Assembly (NCBI GenBank): GCA_014905635.1
Contig: JABVCE010000034.1
Coordinates: 1-64,000 of the forward strand
Length of the DNA stretch: 64,000 nucleotides
DNA from: Scenedesmus sp. PABB004
Taxonomy: Eukaryota
Direction: 5' to 3'
Made by a program: the position numbers and the translations under genes
Notes under the pieces: model-generated
What the model was told of the DNA's origin: nothing
What the model saw: the letters and a program-made list of their open reading frames with translations, nothing else
The model's database searches: none
Shown here: positions 37,957 through 50,622 of the stretch, piece by piece
Layout: the number at the start of each line of letters is the position of its first letter
How positions within the stretch are numbered: position 1 is the stretch's first letter

Positions 37957-40478
37957 ATGGACGAGCTCAACGCGCACCAGTTCTGGGGCGTCAGCCCCTT
38001 CCTGGACCTCCTGGGCGCGGCGGACGCCGCTGGAGTCGAGCGCTCGGCCGGCGGCGCCCCGGACGAGCCGCTGGCGCTGCTGCAGGCGCGGCAGCGGCGC
38101 GCCGGCGCCGCGCCGCGCGGCCGCGGCGGCGCCACGCCGCTGCCCCGCCCGCCGCCGGCGGCGCAGGTGTGCCCCTACGACTGCCGGCACACGCTGGCGA
38201 CGCTCGCAGCGGCCTGCGAGGCCGCAGCAGGCGCCCGCGGCGCGGCGCCGCGGCGCGTGGAGCTGGTGGTCTATGAGGAGCAGCCAGAGGTCCTCGCGCG
38301 GCACATGCTGCTGCTGGGCGTGCTGTTCGAGCCCGCGCTGAGCCAGCGCGAGCGCGCGGAGGTGTTCCTGGAGCTGCACGGCAACGCGCTGCTGCGCCAG
38401 CGCACCGCCGACTACCTGGGTGCGCGCACGCGCAGCAGCGCCGGCGCGCCGCGCGCGGGGCGCGGAGGCCCGCGCGCAGAGCCGGCCGCCCCCGCGCCGC
38501 GCGCAGCCGCCGCGAGCAGGCGCCTGGAGGCGGCGGTCGCCGCGCTGCCGCGCTGCGCGCCGCCCGGCGCGGCGGCGCAGGCGGGCGAGGAGGAGGGCGG
38601 CCTCGGCGTGCTGGGGCTGTTCGACCTGAGCCAGCTGCGCTACGCGGAGCGCGACGCGCTGCTGGAGGCGTTCCAGCGCTATCGCGCAAAGGTCGGACCG
38701 CGTGCGCGGCGGCGGCATGCGCAGCGCGCCGACCCGCGCGGGCCAACGCGCGCGCGCGCGTGCTGCTGCGCCGCAGGCGGGCTTTGACATGGCGCGCGCG
38801 TGGGACGACCGCTGCCGCAAGTGGTACGGCGATCGGTACGACGTGCGGGCCAACATGGTACGCGCGAGCGCGGGGCGGGCGTCGGCGCCAGCGCAGCCGG
38901 CGGCGGCGGCCGGCGCAGCCGCCGACCGCCGCCGCCGCGCGGCGCCGCGCGGCGCAGGTGGACTGGGACTACCACATGCGCCTCGCGCCGCGCGGCACGC
39001 CCTTCATCGACGCCGCGGCCGGCAGCATCGTTCACTTCTCCCACTTCAGGCGCGCCGCGCCCCGCGGCCCCGGCACTGACACTGACAACACCGAGCCAGC
39101 GGCACGGCGGCGGCGCTGCAGCAGCGCGGGCGCGCGCTGCGGCAGGGCGCCGGGCGCTGACGCCGCGCCGCGCGCAGGCACTGGCGGCTGACGGGCGTCG
39201 CGCACGAGGTGCGCGGCGCGGCGTACGCCGCGCCAAACACGAGCCTGCTGAGCACCGCGCTGGCGCGCACGCGGGAGTTCAAGGACAGGTGCGGCAAGGG
39301 ACGTCAGGCGCGGCAGCGTGCTGCGCGCCGCCGCGGGCGGGCTGCGACTGGGCGCCCGGCCGGCCGACGCGCGCAAGCTGCCGCCGCCCTGCCCCTGCCC
39401 CTGCCCCCGCGCCGCGCCCTGCCGCGCGCGCGCTGCCGCCCGGCGCCAGGCAGCTGCGCGACGTCGGGCGCAGCGTGTCGGCGTTCTCCTACTGGGGCGA
39501 CATCACGGCGGGGCCGTTCCACGCGTTTGGCACCGTGCCCGGCCCCGCCCCGACGCCGCGCTGTTCGCGGTGTCCAACCAGGCCTTCACGCACACCGCGG
39601 TGGACGTGGCGGAGCACAACCTCATGGTGCGGCCCCGCGCCGCGCCGCGCCGCGCGTGGCCACGCGCCGGCGCCGCCGGTGGCGACACCAGGGCGGGCCG
39701 GCGCCGTCCGGCGCGGCGCGTGCCACGCCGCCGGCGCGCTGACACCCCGCCACCGCCGCCGCCGCTGGCGGCGCCGCAGGCCTTCATGCGCCAGCTGCGC
39801 GCCGGCTGCGGCGGGGCTGAGGAGGGCGGCAGCGCCGCAGCCGGCGGCGCGCACAGGGCCAACGCCGCGCGCGGGCCCACCAGCATGGAGCGCCTGGCGG
39901 AGCCGGCCGAGCACGGCCCGCAGGACGGCGCGCAGCCGCAGCCGCCGCCGCCGGCGCCGGCGCAGTCGGGGGAGCAGCAGGAGCAGCAGCAGGCGCGGGG
40001 GACGCATGCGGCAGCGGCGGCGGCAGAGCTGGAGCAGGTCGCCGCGGCCGAGGCGGCCGCCACGGCGGCCGCGGTGTCGCGCCTGCTCGGCGCCGCGCGC
40101 GTGCGGCTGCTCTGCGGCGACCTGCGCAAGAGCCTCACGGGGCGCGCGGGGCACGCGGGGCGCTTTGGCGCCGCGACGCTCGGGCACCGCCACGTGCACC
40201 TTTTGGGCGGTGAGCACGGCCTCGCGCCGCTGCTCGCGCGCGGCGCGCCGCTGCTGGTCGAGTCGGCGGCCAACCTGGTGCAGCTCAACGACGAGCAGGC
40301 CGCCGCGTTCGAGGCGCGCGTGGTCGAGCTCGCGCGCGGCGGCGGGCTCGCGCGCCACCCCGCGCTGGGCTGCGACGGCGCCGCGCCGGCGGGCGCCGCG
40401 GGCGGGCGCTGGCGGCTGCCGCCCGGCCATTTTGCGCTGGCGGCGGCGGCGGCGGCAGCGGAGGGCGAGCCGGCGTGA
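37957..40478 (+). CDS. DNAAF3: Axonemal dynein assembly factor 3 (PF22); apparent frameshift at about 39545
   Basis: FWGVSPFLDL, EVLARHMLLL, FLELHGNALL, WDDRCRKWYGDRYD, DWDYHMRL, YWGDITAGPF, VAEHNL and LLVESA. Confidence 0.88.
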
Positions 40479-40604
40479 GGGCAATGGTCGTGGTCCAGGG
40501 CTCAGCGCCGGCGGCTTTGAACGCGCCGGCAACGACGCTTGCCTGCGCGCCACCAGCCACGCGCTCCGCAGCGGTCCGGCCAGCCCCGAGCGCCAGCCAG
40601 CACC

Positions 40605-42664
40605 ATGGCGCGCACCATGACCAGCACGCCCAAGCGAGGTGCGCGCCGGCAGCGGCGCCGCTGCCGTGGTCCGCGCTGCTGCTCGGCTCGCCTGACGGGC
40701 GGCCTGATGGCATTCTACGGCAGCGCCCTTGCACCTCCGACCTCGGGGCAGGCCGGCCGGGCAGCGGGGGCCACACGCGCGGCTGCCCGGCGAGTTTGCT
40801 CACAACAGCCGCGCCCGCGGGCCGCAGGGCGGTGGTGGGAGCGCTTCCGGCACATTTACCTGTGCAGAGAAGTGCGTGACGCGGCCACCGGGCGCCTGGG
40901 CGCGGTGCTGTCGAGGCCCGTGCACGCGGGCACGCTCGACGAGCCCAAGGACGAGGAGACGTACGAGGTGCGCAGCCCCGGCGGCTCTGGCGCATCGCTG
41001 CCCGCCGCCTGGCTGCGGCGGCGGCGCCGGCGCGCGGCGTGCGCCCGGCGCGCTGCGCCGCAGCGCGCCGCCGCTGCTCGCGCGCGCGCCCACCGCCACG
41101 CGCCGGCCGCAGGTCGCCTGGCAGCGCGAGGACGGCAGCTACGACCTCACCGCCACGTCGCGCATGGCGTGGCCGGCGCTCAAGCCGCTCGTGCGCAGCG
41201 TGTTCGTGCGCACGCAGATGACGCCGCCGCTGGTCGAGCACGTCATCATCCCGCTGCAGCAGGCGCGGCGCGCCGCGGCGCAGCGCCGCGTGGCGTGCCG
41301 CGCGCCGGCAGCCGGCCGCGCCGCCGCCGCCGCCCGCCGCACGCGCCAGTACGCGCCCGCCGCCGCCCAGCGCCAAGGGCGGCGTCCCTGAACGCGCGCG
41401 CCCCTCCCCGCGGGCGCGCGCAGAAAAACTGGGACGCCACGGACGCCGAGTACGCGGCCATGGTGGCCCGCAGCCGCGCGGCGACGCGGGCGATCATGGA
41501 GGACGCCAAGCGCCAGGGGCAGCTGCTCGACGCCGCCGGCGCCCCGCCGCCGGCCAAGGCCTCTGCCGGCGCCAAGGGCAAGGCCGCGGGCGCCAAGGCG
41601 GGGGCGGCGGCCAAGCCGGCGGCGGCCAAGCCGGCGGCGGCCAAGCCGGCGGCGGGCAAGGCCGCCAAGGCAGCGGCGGCGGCGGCGACGGCGGCGTCCA
41701 AGCCCAGCGGCAAGGTCGCGGCCAGCGCCAAGAAGTCGAAGCGAGCAGCGGCGGACGAGGCGGCGGCGGCGGCCGCGGCGCCGGCCGGCAAGCGCCGCAA
41801 GTCGGACGCGCCCGCCGCCGGCGGCGGCACGCCGCGCAAGGGCGCCGCCGCGGCAGCAGGCGCTGCCGCCGCCGCGCACTACGCGGGCGTCACGGGGCGG
41901 CGCTACCCCGCGGCGGTCGCGGTCGGGCCGCGCGACCGGCGGCTGGGCACGCCCGCGTATGCGGCGGAGGGCTACGCGGATGAGGAGTTCCCGGTCGAGC
42001 GCATCGTGGACGAGGTGGGGCGGCGCCGCCGCCGCCGCGTCCGCCGCCGTGCACGCGCTGCTCCCTGCGGCGCCCGGCCGCCGCGCCACGCTGTCGGTGC
42101 AGCCGCCGCCACCGACGGCGGCGGTGATGAGTGCGCGCCGCGCGCGCGCGCCGGCGCAGGTGACGGTGATGCTGCCGGCGCCGGGCAAGGTCGCGCGCAG
42201 CACGCGCGTCACGATGGTCCTGCCCAAGTGGGAGGGCTACGAGGTGCGGGCGTGTGGCGCCCGCACAGACGGCTGCCAGGGCCTGGAGGCGCGCACGCTG
42301 CACGACGGTCGCTGCCCTGCGCCCGCGACCCCGCGCGTCACACGCTGCGCCGCGCCCGCCGCCCGCAGCTGGACGTGGAGGGCTGGCAGGAGCTGGAGGG
42401 CCTGGAGGAGCTCGACTGCTACCAGGCCTGGGCCGCGGCGGCCAAGCCCAAGTACTACACCGGTGCGCGCGGGTCGCCACGCGTGGCGACGCGCCGCGCA
42501 TGCGCGCGTGCGCGGCCTGGCTCGCGCGGCGCCGCGCAAGCGCGCGGCGAGCGCACGCGCGCGCGCCGCCCGCCCGCGCAGAGGTGCCGGCGGCGCGGGC
42601 GACCAACAACTACATCAGCTGGCTCGGCCGGCGAGAGGCGGAGGCGGAGGAGTCAGACGACTGA
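40605..42664 (+). CDS. Chromodomain protein with a Lys/Ala-rich (histone H1-like) linker
   Basis: Start context CACCATGG, AKPAA repeats and EEFPVERIVDE...KWEGYE..WQELEGL. Confidence 0.7.
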
Positions 42665-42799
42665 CACCGCCAGCGCTGGCGCCGGCGGGCGCGGGCGCTC
42701 GGGCCGGGGGCCGCCCGGTGCTGGAAGAGCGCACCGGCGGCGGGGGCGGTGTTGCAACGCCGTTGAGCCGCAGGCCGCCGTCGCCGCCGCTGGCTGCGG

Positions 42800-43351
42800 T
42801 CACAGCAGCTCGCGCTCCCGCACCGCCGCGAGCAGCTGCCTGACGCCCTCGGGCGTGTGCTGCTTGAGCGCGAGGCAGCAGAGCAGCGGCCTGCGGCGCA
42901 GCGGCAGCTGCGGTGAGCGCCGGGGCCGCGCGCCCGGCGCGGCACCGCGCGGCGGCGGCGGCGGGCCGCGCGCACGTGTTGATGCCCTTGCCGTGCGCGA
43001 GCTCCACGAGCTGCCGCGCCACGATCGTGAGCAGCGGCTCGTCGCGCTTGCCCAGCAGCACCGCCGTGCTGAACGTGGTCTTGCCCTCCAGCGTGGAGTC
43101 CTGCCTGCGCCGCGGGGCGGGCCAGCTCGGCGGCCGTCGGCGCGCGGCGCGCGGCGGGCCGCCGCGCACACCGCCGCGCACTTGGCCTGGATCACCGTGC
43201 CCAGCGTGCCCAGCTGGCTGGCCATGAGGACGGTGGCGTCGTTGTACGTTGAGACTATGATGTCAGTGGGCGCACCGTCAATGGCCACGCAGGCGCTGCG
43301 CACGGCGACGGGGAAGCCCGCCGGCACCGCTGTGCCGAGCGCGGCCGCCAT
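42800..43351 (-). CDS. PSMG3: Proteasome assembly chaperone 3, 3 exons
   Basis: FPV..IDGAPTDI..SQLGTLGT, VLLGKRDEPLL..ARQL and PLLLCLALK. Confidence 0.85.
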   Translation of the reverse strand: MAAALGTAVPAGFPVAVRSACVAIDGAPTDIIVSTYNDATVLMASQLGTLGTVIQAKCAAVCAAARRAPRADGRRAGPPRGAGRTPRWRARPRSARRCCWASATSRCSRSWRGSSWSSRTARASTRARGPPPPPRGAAPGARPRRSPQLPLRRRPLLCCLALKQHTPEGVRQLLAAVRERELL

Positions 43352-43732
43352 GCGGCGCCTCCGGCGCGCCGGCTGCTGCTGCTGCTGCTGCTGCTTCTCC
43401 CGCTGATCGGCCGCGCTCTCAGCGCATGCACGCGACCGCGAGCGGCGCGGCTCGCTCTGGGCGAGGCCCAGCCCGCCGGCGCCTGTCGCTGCTGCTGCGC
43501 TGCGCTCGTCGGCCGGCGGCGGCGCAGAGCTTGCGGTGCAGAGCCTGCGGCAGAGCTTGCGCGGTCGTGGCGCGGAACTGGAGGGCACGGCGCCGGCGGC
43601 GGCGCACGGGGAGCGGCGGTGCAAGCCGGCGGCGGTTCTGTCGTCGTTGCGAACGCCCGCCGGCATGCGCCGCGCACCCGCCTCCCGCCTCCCCCCCCCC
43701 CATGTTCCCTGCCCCCCCCCCCGGTCAGCCGC

Positions 43733-45796
43733 TCAGTCGGTGAGGTCCTCGCTGCTCGCGGCGCCGTTGCCGGCCGCGGTCGGCAGGCCCTGGGTGCGGA
43801 ATTTGAGGAAGCTCTTGGGCGTCGAGTCGAGGAAGATCGGCGGCGCCGCGAGCGCGCTGTCGGTCACGACCGTGCCGATCTCCGCCTCGCGGCACACCTC
43901 CAGCGCCGCCGCCTCGGCCTCCTCGTCGCCGCCCGCTGCGCGGCGTGCGGCGCGCGCGCGCGGCGCGGACGCCGGGCGTGAGCGCGCGCATGCGCCAGCC
44001 GCGCCGGCGGCGTCCTGCCGCCCCGCGGGCGCCCCGCGGCCACCGCGCAGCCGCCCAGCAGCCCAGCAGCGGTGCACGCACTGAGCACGATCGCGGCGGT
44101 GGCCTCGGGGTCGTACACGAGTGTGTCGTCGCCGTCCCACGCGTCCATAAACCCCGTCGTCGTCGGCACCGTCACGACGCGCAGGTCGGCCGCCCACGCG
44201 TCAAAGCGCTCCGCGAGGCACATGCTCGCGCGGTTGGGCGCGGCGTAGTAGAGGCGCACGTCGCTGCGCAGCGCGGGCGCGAGGTGCGTGCTGCTGCCGA
44301 CCGGCGACTCGAGCAGCGCGGCCGCGGTCGCGATGCCCGACCCGCTCGCAAAGATGACGACGGTCGGGAACCTGGGGGGCGGGGGCCGCGCGGCGGCGGC
44401 GGCGCATGAGCTGTGAGGAGGGCCGCGGGCGGCGCCCGGGCCAGCCGCGCCGCCCCGCGCCGCGCCGCGCGCGCACCTGAACGCGCCGATCACGCCGCTG
44501 CTGCGCAGGTCGAGCCCGGCGCCCTCGAACGGGCCGACGCTGACGATGTCGTCCGGGCCCAGCGCGTACACCTCGGGCGCCTCCTTGCTGTTGACCAGCA
44601 GCGACACCTCCGCCTGCGCGCCGCGGCGGCGCGCGGCGTCGTCGCGTCACGGCGTGTCGGAGCGGCAGGCGCGCGCGCGGGGCGCCCCCCGCCCGCGCGC
44701 GGCCCGCACCAGCACGCTCGTGGGCTCGCGCGCGGCCTTGGTCTCGCCGGCAAAGATGTCGCCCTTGGTCAGGAAGAGCGACGCCTGGTTGAGCGCCTCC
44801 GGGTGCGGCGGGCTCGCGACCTGGCGACGCGGCGGCGGCGGCGGCGGCAGCAGCGTCGAGGCGCAGCGCGGCGCGCGACGGCGGTGGCGCCACGGCACGT
44901 GCGAGGGCGCGTCAGGCGCGCGTGGTGCGCGCACGCCGCACCGGCAGGCTGCGCGCCTCGCCGCCGTTGACGCGCAGCGCCGCGCGCTGCCCCGCGGCCT
45001 TGTACGCGTTGCGCAGCGGCACGCGCTCGCGCGAGACCTCGACCTCCAGCGTCACCAGCCGCACAAACGGCGCCTCCTGGCTCGCGCGCACGAAGCGGCC
45101 GGGCGTCCAGTCGGGCATGTCGTCGGCGGCAAACTTGGCCTCGTACCACTTGTAGCGGTCAGCAAACTGCATCAGGTCCTGCGCGCCACGCCGCGCCAGG
45201 CCAGGCCAGGCGAGCGGCGGCGCGGTGAGCGAGCCAGCGCGGCGGGCCCCACGCCCGGGCGGCGGCGCCGGCGCGTCGGGGCGCGCCGCGGGGCCGCACC
45301 TCCTCGTCGGCCGCCGGCGCCGCGGGCGCGGGCCCCGCCTCCGCCTCGGACTCGGCCTCCGCTGCCGCCGCCGCCGCGAGCGGCCGGCCGGCCGCGCGGC
45401 GGCCGGATCTGCTGCTGCTGCTGCTGCTCCAGCAGCTGCTGCTGCTCCTGCTGCGCGTGGACGCGCTGCACCGGCGGCTGCTGCTCGGCGCCAGCGGCCT
45501 GCGGGCGGCAGCAGCAGCGGTCGGTCAGGAGCCGCGGCCGCGGCGGCTGCGGCGGGCGCGTGGCGCATGCGGGACGCGCAGATCGCGCCGCGCCGCGTGT
45601 CGCGGCTGGCGCGGGGCCCGCCGGCCGCCCCGGGCGCCCGCTGCGCAGCCGCCGCGCACCGCCGGGCTGCTGGCGCCGCGCCGGCGCCCTGCGCGATCTG
45701 CGGCGGCGGGGCGGCCGGGGGCGTGTTTAGGGCACGCCGACACGAACCACGCATTCGCATGGGCCAGCGCACGCCCGCACGCGCCTGGCGGAGCAT
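43733..45796 (-). CDS. Plastid FAD/NAD(P)-binding oxidoreductase (FNR-like)
   Basis: Transit peptide followed by YKAAGQ, VASPP, VSVGPFEGAG, IFASGSGIA, VRLYYAA and AERFDAW. Confidence 0.75.
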
Positions 45797-46099
45797 CGCG
45801 GGATGCGCCACTGTCGGGGCGCTCTGAAGTGTATGTGCGCAGCTGAGGAGCTAAGATCGCTTCCCACACTCTGGCGGGGGGCGTCGCGACTGGCGCAGCT
45901 CCTGCAGAGGAGAGGGCAAAAAGCGCCACAACAGAAGCCGCCGCCGCCGCGCCGCCGGTGCGCGCCGGCGCCCACGGCAGCGCGCCACAGCAAGGCCCGT
46001 TACCGCTCGCCGCAGCCTCGGCCGAATTTGGCGCGCGCCGCCGACCCCGACCCCGACCGCGCCACCGCCGGCGCGCCCGCCGCGCGCAGCACGCCGCCG

Positions 46100-47542
46100 T
46101 CAGAACTTGACGTCCACCTTGACGCCCGCCTTGCGCAGCAGGCGGACCTTGCTGCTGCTCCCCGGCAGCGGCACCGCGGCGTCCAGCACCAGCTCCGCGC
46201 TGCGCCGGGCGGGGCGGGCGGGCGGGCAGGGCGGGCGGGCTCGGCGGCCGCGCGCGGGCCTCGCGCGCACCGCGCGGCCGCAGCACCCTGCCCCCCCCCC
46301 CCCCCGCGCCGCCCGGCGCGGCGGCACTCACTCCCCGGCGAGCGCCTTGTACGTCACGCTGGCCGCGAGCACCTTGCTGCGCAGGCTCGCCTCCGTCGCG
46401 ACGCGCCAGCCGTCGGCGGGCTTTACCTTGTACGACAGCAGCGGCCCAGTCGCGGCGGTCTGCACCAGCTTGACGCTCTTCACCCACCTGCCGCCGCGGC
46501 GGCAGCAGCAGGGGCCAGCAGCGCGCGCGGCGCGGCGCGGGGCGTGAGACGCAGGGCCCGGCGCCCGGCGCGCACACGCGCCCGCGCCCGTGCCGCGTCG
46601 CCGCACCGCGCGTCGGGCTTGTAGCCGATGCACAGCGCGGTGTCGCTCGACTTGGAGTCGCCCGCGACGCGCAGCTTGAAGCGCTTGTTGAACTTGAGCG
46701 TGTCAGTGTAGAACGCTGCGGCGCGGCAACGCAGCAGCGCCCCGCCGCACCACGGCGCGCGTCAGGCGCCGCCGGCGCCGGCGCCGCCGCCGGCGCTGCT
46801 CGCACGGCAGCGCGGCGGCTGTCGCGGCCGCACGCGAGCGGGTGGCGCGCCGTGTGGCGGCGCCGCGCACCGAAGCGGTTCTGGAAGTCGTAGACCAGCT
46901 TGAGCGAGTCCTTGAGCTTCGGCCCGTCCAGCAGCTTGGTGCTCAGCTGCTCAGGGCGCGCGGCGCGCGGCGCGGGCGCAGCGGCTCGCCGCCACGCGCG
47001 CAGCCGGCGCTGCGGCGCGGCGCTGCGGCCGGCGCGGGGGAGGGCGGGGGGAGAGAGAGCAGGGGGAGCGGCGCCGCACCTCCACGACGGGGCTGGGCAC
47101 GACCTCCCAGTGCATGCCCGGCACGACCTGCCTGAACTTGAACGTGCCCGCGCTGCTCTTGCGGCTGTACTGAAACACAGCGTCCTGCCGGCGCGCGCGC
47201 GGGCGCGCGGGCGCGTCGGGCGCGCCGCGCGCGCGGCTCTGCCGCGCCCGCCGCGCCGCGCAACCGCGGCAACCGCGGCGCCGCACCTCGCGCTGGAAGT
47301 CGAAGCCCACGCGATACGCGCCGCGCTCGGCATCGACGCTCACCAGGCCGCTCTGGTCGCTGTAGTTGGCGCCGAGCTGCGGCGCGGGGCGGGGCGGCGC
47401 GTCGGCCGAGCGCGGCGGCGCCGCGGCGCCGGCGCCGGCGCCGCCCCACCTTGAGCCCGGTGTCAAACTTGAGCTCGGTGCGGTTCTTGAGGTCCTTTTT
47501 GGTCAGGTCGTAGATGCTCCGGTGGCTCGCCTTGGCCGCCAT
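46100..47542 (-). CDS. Putative beta-barrel outer-membrane or envelope pore protein, 7 exons
   Basis: Alternating amphipathic strands throughout, Lys-rich, with no cleavable presequence. Ends in GVKVDVKF. Confidence 0.5.
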
Positions 47543-48041
47543 CGCGGCGGGCGCAGCAGCGGCGCAGCAGCGGCCGGCGCCCTGCGCAGCGGCGGCGGCG
47601 GCGGCGGCGGCAGCAAGCGGCGTGGGGGGCGCGCCGCTCACGCGACGCCCGGACGGCCCCTCGCTGGACGCGGTGCGGGAGCCTTGGGCGCTGCTGCTGA
47701 TGGCGGGTGCGGGCGCACCTCCTGGCGTGCTGCCGCGCGCTCGAGCGCCCAATTGCGCCGCGTTGGCTGCGAGAGAGCGAGAGGGAGCAATGACGGGCGC
47801 GCGGTGGGCGTGGGTGCGCTCTGTGAGCGCGCAGGACCGGCAAACGCTCGCTGATGCGCGAGCCCTGCGCCCGCCGGGATCAGTGTTACGCGCGCGCTCT
47901 GGCCCTGGTCCCGACACGTCGACTTGAGGCGCCGTCGCAGCAGGGCGCAACCAGCGAGAAGCAGGAGCCGGCGCCGGAGCAGCAGACGCCCACGCGCGCC
48001 GACACAAGGCGACGCGGCGCGCCAGCAGCTCGGTGGCAGAC

Positions 48042-50205
48042 ATGGCGACGTGCTGGAGCGCGTCCGCGCAGCGCGCGCCGGCGGCGGGCCACGCCCGGCG
48101 CGCCGCGGCTGCGCCACACACGCGAGGCGCCTTGCTGGTGCGCGGCGGGCTCCGGCGGGCGCGCATGCGCGCTCGGGGCGCGCCCGGACGCCGTGCCGAG
48201 CTCCCGCGCCCGGCGCCGCGGTGGCGCGCCACCCTGCCGGTCGGCAGCAGCCAGTTCCCCGGCAGGGCACCGCGGCCTGCCCGCGCCCGCAGCCGCGCCG
48301 CGGGCGGGCCCCCGCGCCGCATGGCCGCCGGGGGCGCCCAATTCCGCGCCACCGCCGCCGCCGCGGCCCCGCCGCCGCCCGCGCGCGCCGGACGCCGACG
48401 CTGCTGCCGCGCGCGCCGCCGCCGCCGCCGCCCGCAGGCGCCGCGCGCGTACAAGCGCAACAACCAGCAGCAGCGCGGCCCCGGTTTCGTCGACATGCCG
48501 CCGCTGCCGCCGCTGCCGCCGCTGGACCCGGCCGACGCGCCCGGCGGCGCGCCGCCGGCGCCGCCGCGCCAGGCGCCCGCGGCCAACCCCTACGGCGAGC
48601 CGGCGACCTACCCCGGCCAGGCGCCGGGGCAGGGCGGCGGCGGCGGCGGGGGCTACCTGCCCGGCGGCGGCGGCGGCGGCTACGGCGGCGGCGGGCGGCG
48701 CCAGCAGCAGCAGGGCGGCGGCGGCGGCGGCGGCTACGCGGACCCCGTGTGGGGCGCGCCGCCGCCGAGCCAGGGCGGCGGCGGCTGGGGCTACCGCGGC
48801 GGCAACGGCCGCGGCGGCGGCGGCGGCGCGGGGCGCGGCTTCCAGGGCTTTGACGACGCGACGACCGACATGCTGCTCCAGGCGCGCGCGCCGCGCGCCG
48901 CGCGCTGTGGGCCCTCCCCGCCCCTCTCCCTCCCTCTCCCTGACTCGCGCGCACGGAGCCAGCACGCTGCACGCGCGTGCGCGGTGCGGGCCCTCACACC
49001 TGCCCGCGCGGCGGCCTCGCAGGACCTCGAGTCGTACAGCGGGTACGGCTTTGGGCCCGGCACCGACCGCTGGATGGACGACGTGGTGGAGGAGGTGGTG
49101 GAGGACACGTCGCCCAAGTACGTGGGCGGCAAGCGCGTGCTGGTCAACCGCGAGATAGAGTGAGCGAGGCCCTCGTGTGGGCGGCGCCGGGGAGGGCAGC
49201 GGGCAGCGCGCGGGTGCAGCGCCGTGTGGGCGGCGCCGCTTGGGCAGCGCGCGGCGGCGCGCCGTGGCGGCGGGGTCGGCGCGCTGACGAAACGCCGCGC
49301 GACGCGCGTCGCCCCGGCGCAGGGCGGCGACGGTGCGCGTGCAGGACGCGTCCAAGGCCGAGATCGGGGTCATGTCCTTTGAGGACGCGCGCGCGGCGGC
49401 GATGAAGGCCGACGCGGGTGCGTTTGCGCCCGCCTGCCCGGCGCGGACCGCGGCGCGCGGCGCGGCGCAGGGCGCGGCGCCGCGGCGCAGGGCGCGCGGC
49501 GCGTGCAGCGCGGGCGCGACCCAGCGAGCCCGCGTGAGGCCGCGCCACGGTGCCGCGGCGCGCGCAGACGTCGTGCTCATCAACGAGGGCGCCGACCCGC
49601 CGGTCGTGCGGCTCATCGCGTTTGGGAAGTACAAGTTTGAGGTCGAGCGCGCGGCAAAGGCCAAGCAGAAGACGAGCAAGGGGTGCGCGCGCGACCGGGG
49701 CCCGCCGCGCCGCCGCCGCCGGCTCCTCGCCGCCGCGCCGCTGCTGCTCCCGCTGCTGCCGGCCCCGCGCCGCCGCCGACGCCGCGCGCGCCATTCCGCA
49801 CCGCGCCCCTGTCCGCGGGCGCAGCACCGAGACCAAGGAGGTGCGGCTGCGCCCCGTGACTGAGGCGCACGACTATGAGGTCAAGGTCAAGGCCGCGCGC
49901 GGCTTCCTGGCCAAGGGCTCCAAGGTGAAGCTCACGATGTCGTTCAGCGGGCGGGAGATGCGGTTCAAGGACCAGGGCAAGGAGATGATGCTGGTGCGGG
50001 CGGCGCGGGCAGCAGGGCGCGTGCGGGCAGGGGGCGGTGCGCGCACGCGGGCAGAGGGCAGAGCGCCGCCCGCCGCCGCCGCGCGCCCCCGTGTCGCGCC
50101 GCCGCGCAGAAGCTGATTGAGGACCTGAGCGCGACGAGCAAGATGGACGCGCCGCTGAGCCTGCGGCCAGCCACGTTCAGCGTCACGCTCTCGCCGCTCA
50201 AGTAG
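48042..50205 (+). CDS. infC: Organellar translation initiation factor IF-3 with a Gly-rich N-terminal extension
   Basis: VLVNREI, DVVLINEGADPPVVRL..GKYKFE and KEVRLRP..HDYEVKVK..FL.KGSKVK...GRE. Confidence 0.9.
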
Positions 50206-50622
50206 GCCCGCGCAGGGTGGTCTGCCGCAGCGAGCTCGCTGCGAGAGAGGGGCGAGCGGAGCGCGCACTGCCTGGCCGGGGGCCGCACGTGCCCCCCGCG
50301 CAACCACGTGCAGCGAGCAGCAGCAGTGCCGGCGGTGTGGCGCTGAACGCAGAACGCTGAACGCCGCCGCCGGCACCCCCGGCGGGCCTGACTGCCGGCG
50401 CGGCTCCCAGGCCGCGCCGAGTGCCGTGCCTCGCCGCGGCGGCGTGCGTGGGAAGGGAAGCCTGCCTCGCCTAGCCTAGCCTGACGGTCGCGGGCGGGCG
50501 GCCTTGTACTGGTACGAGTAACGCGGATCGAGTCGTGCGCAGCGACCGTCGCCGGCGCCCTGCCGTCACAAGCGGCGCGAGCAGCCGCCCGAGCTCGAGG
50601 CCCCTCCGGTGCACGCGCAGCG

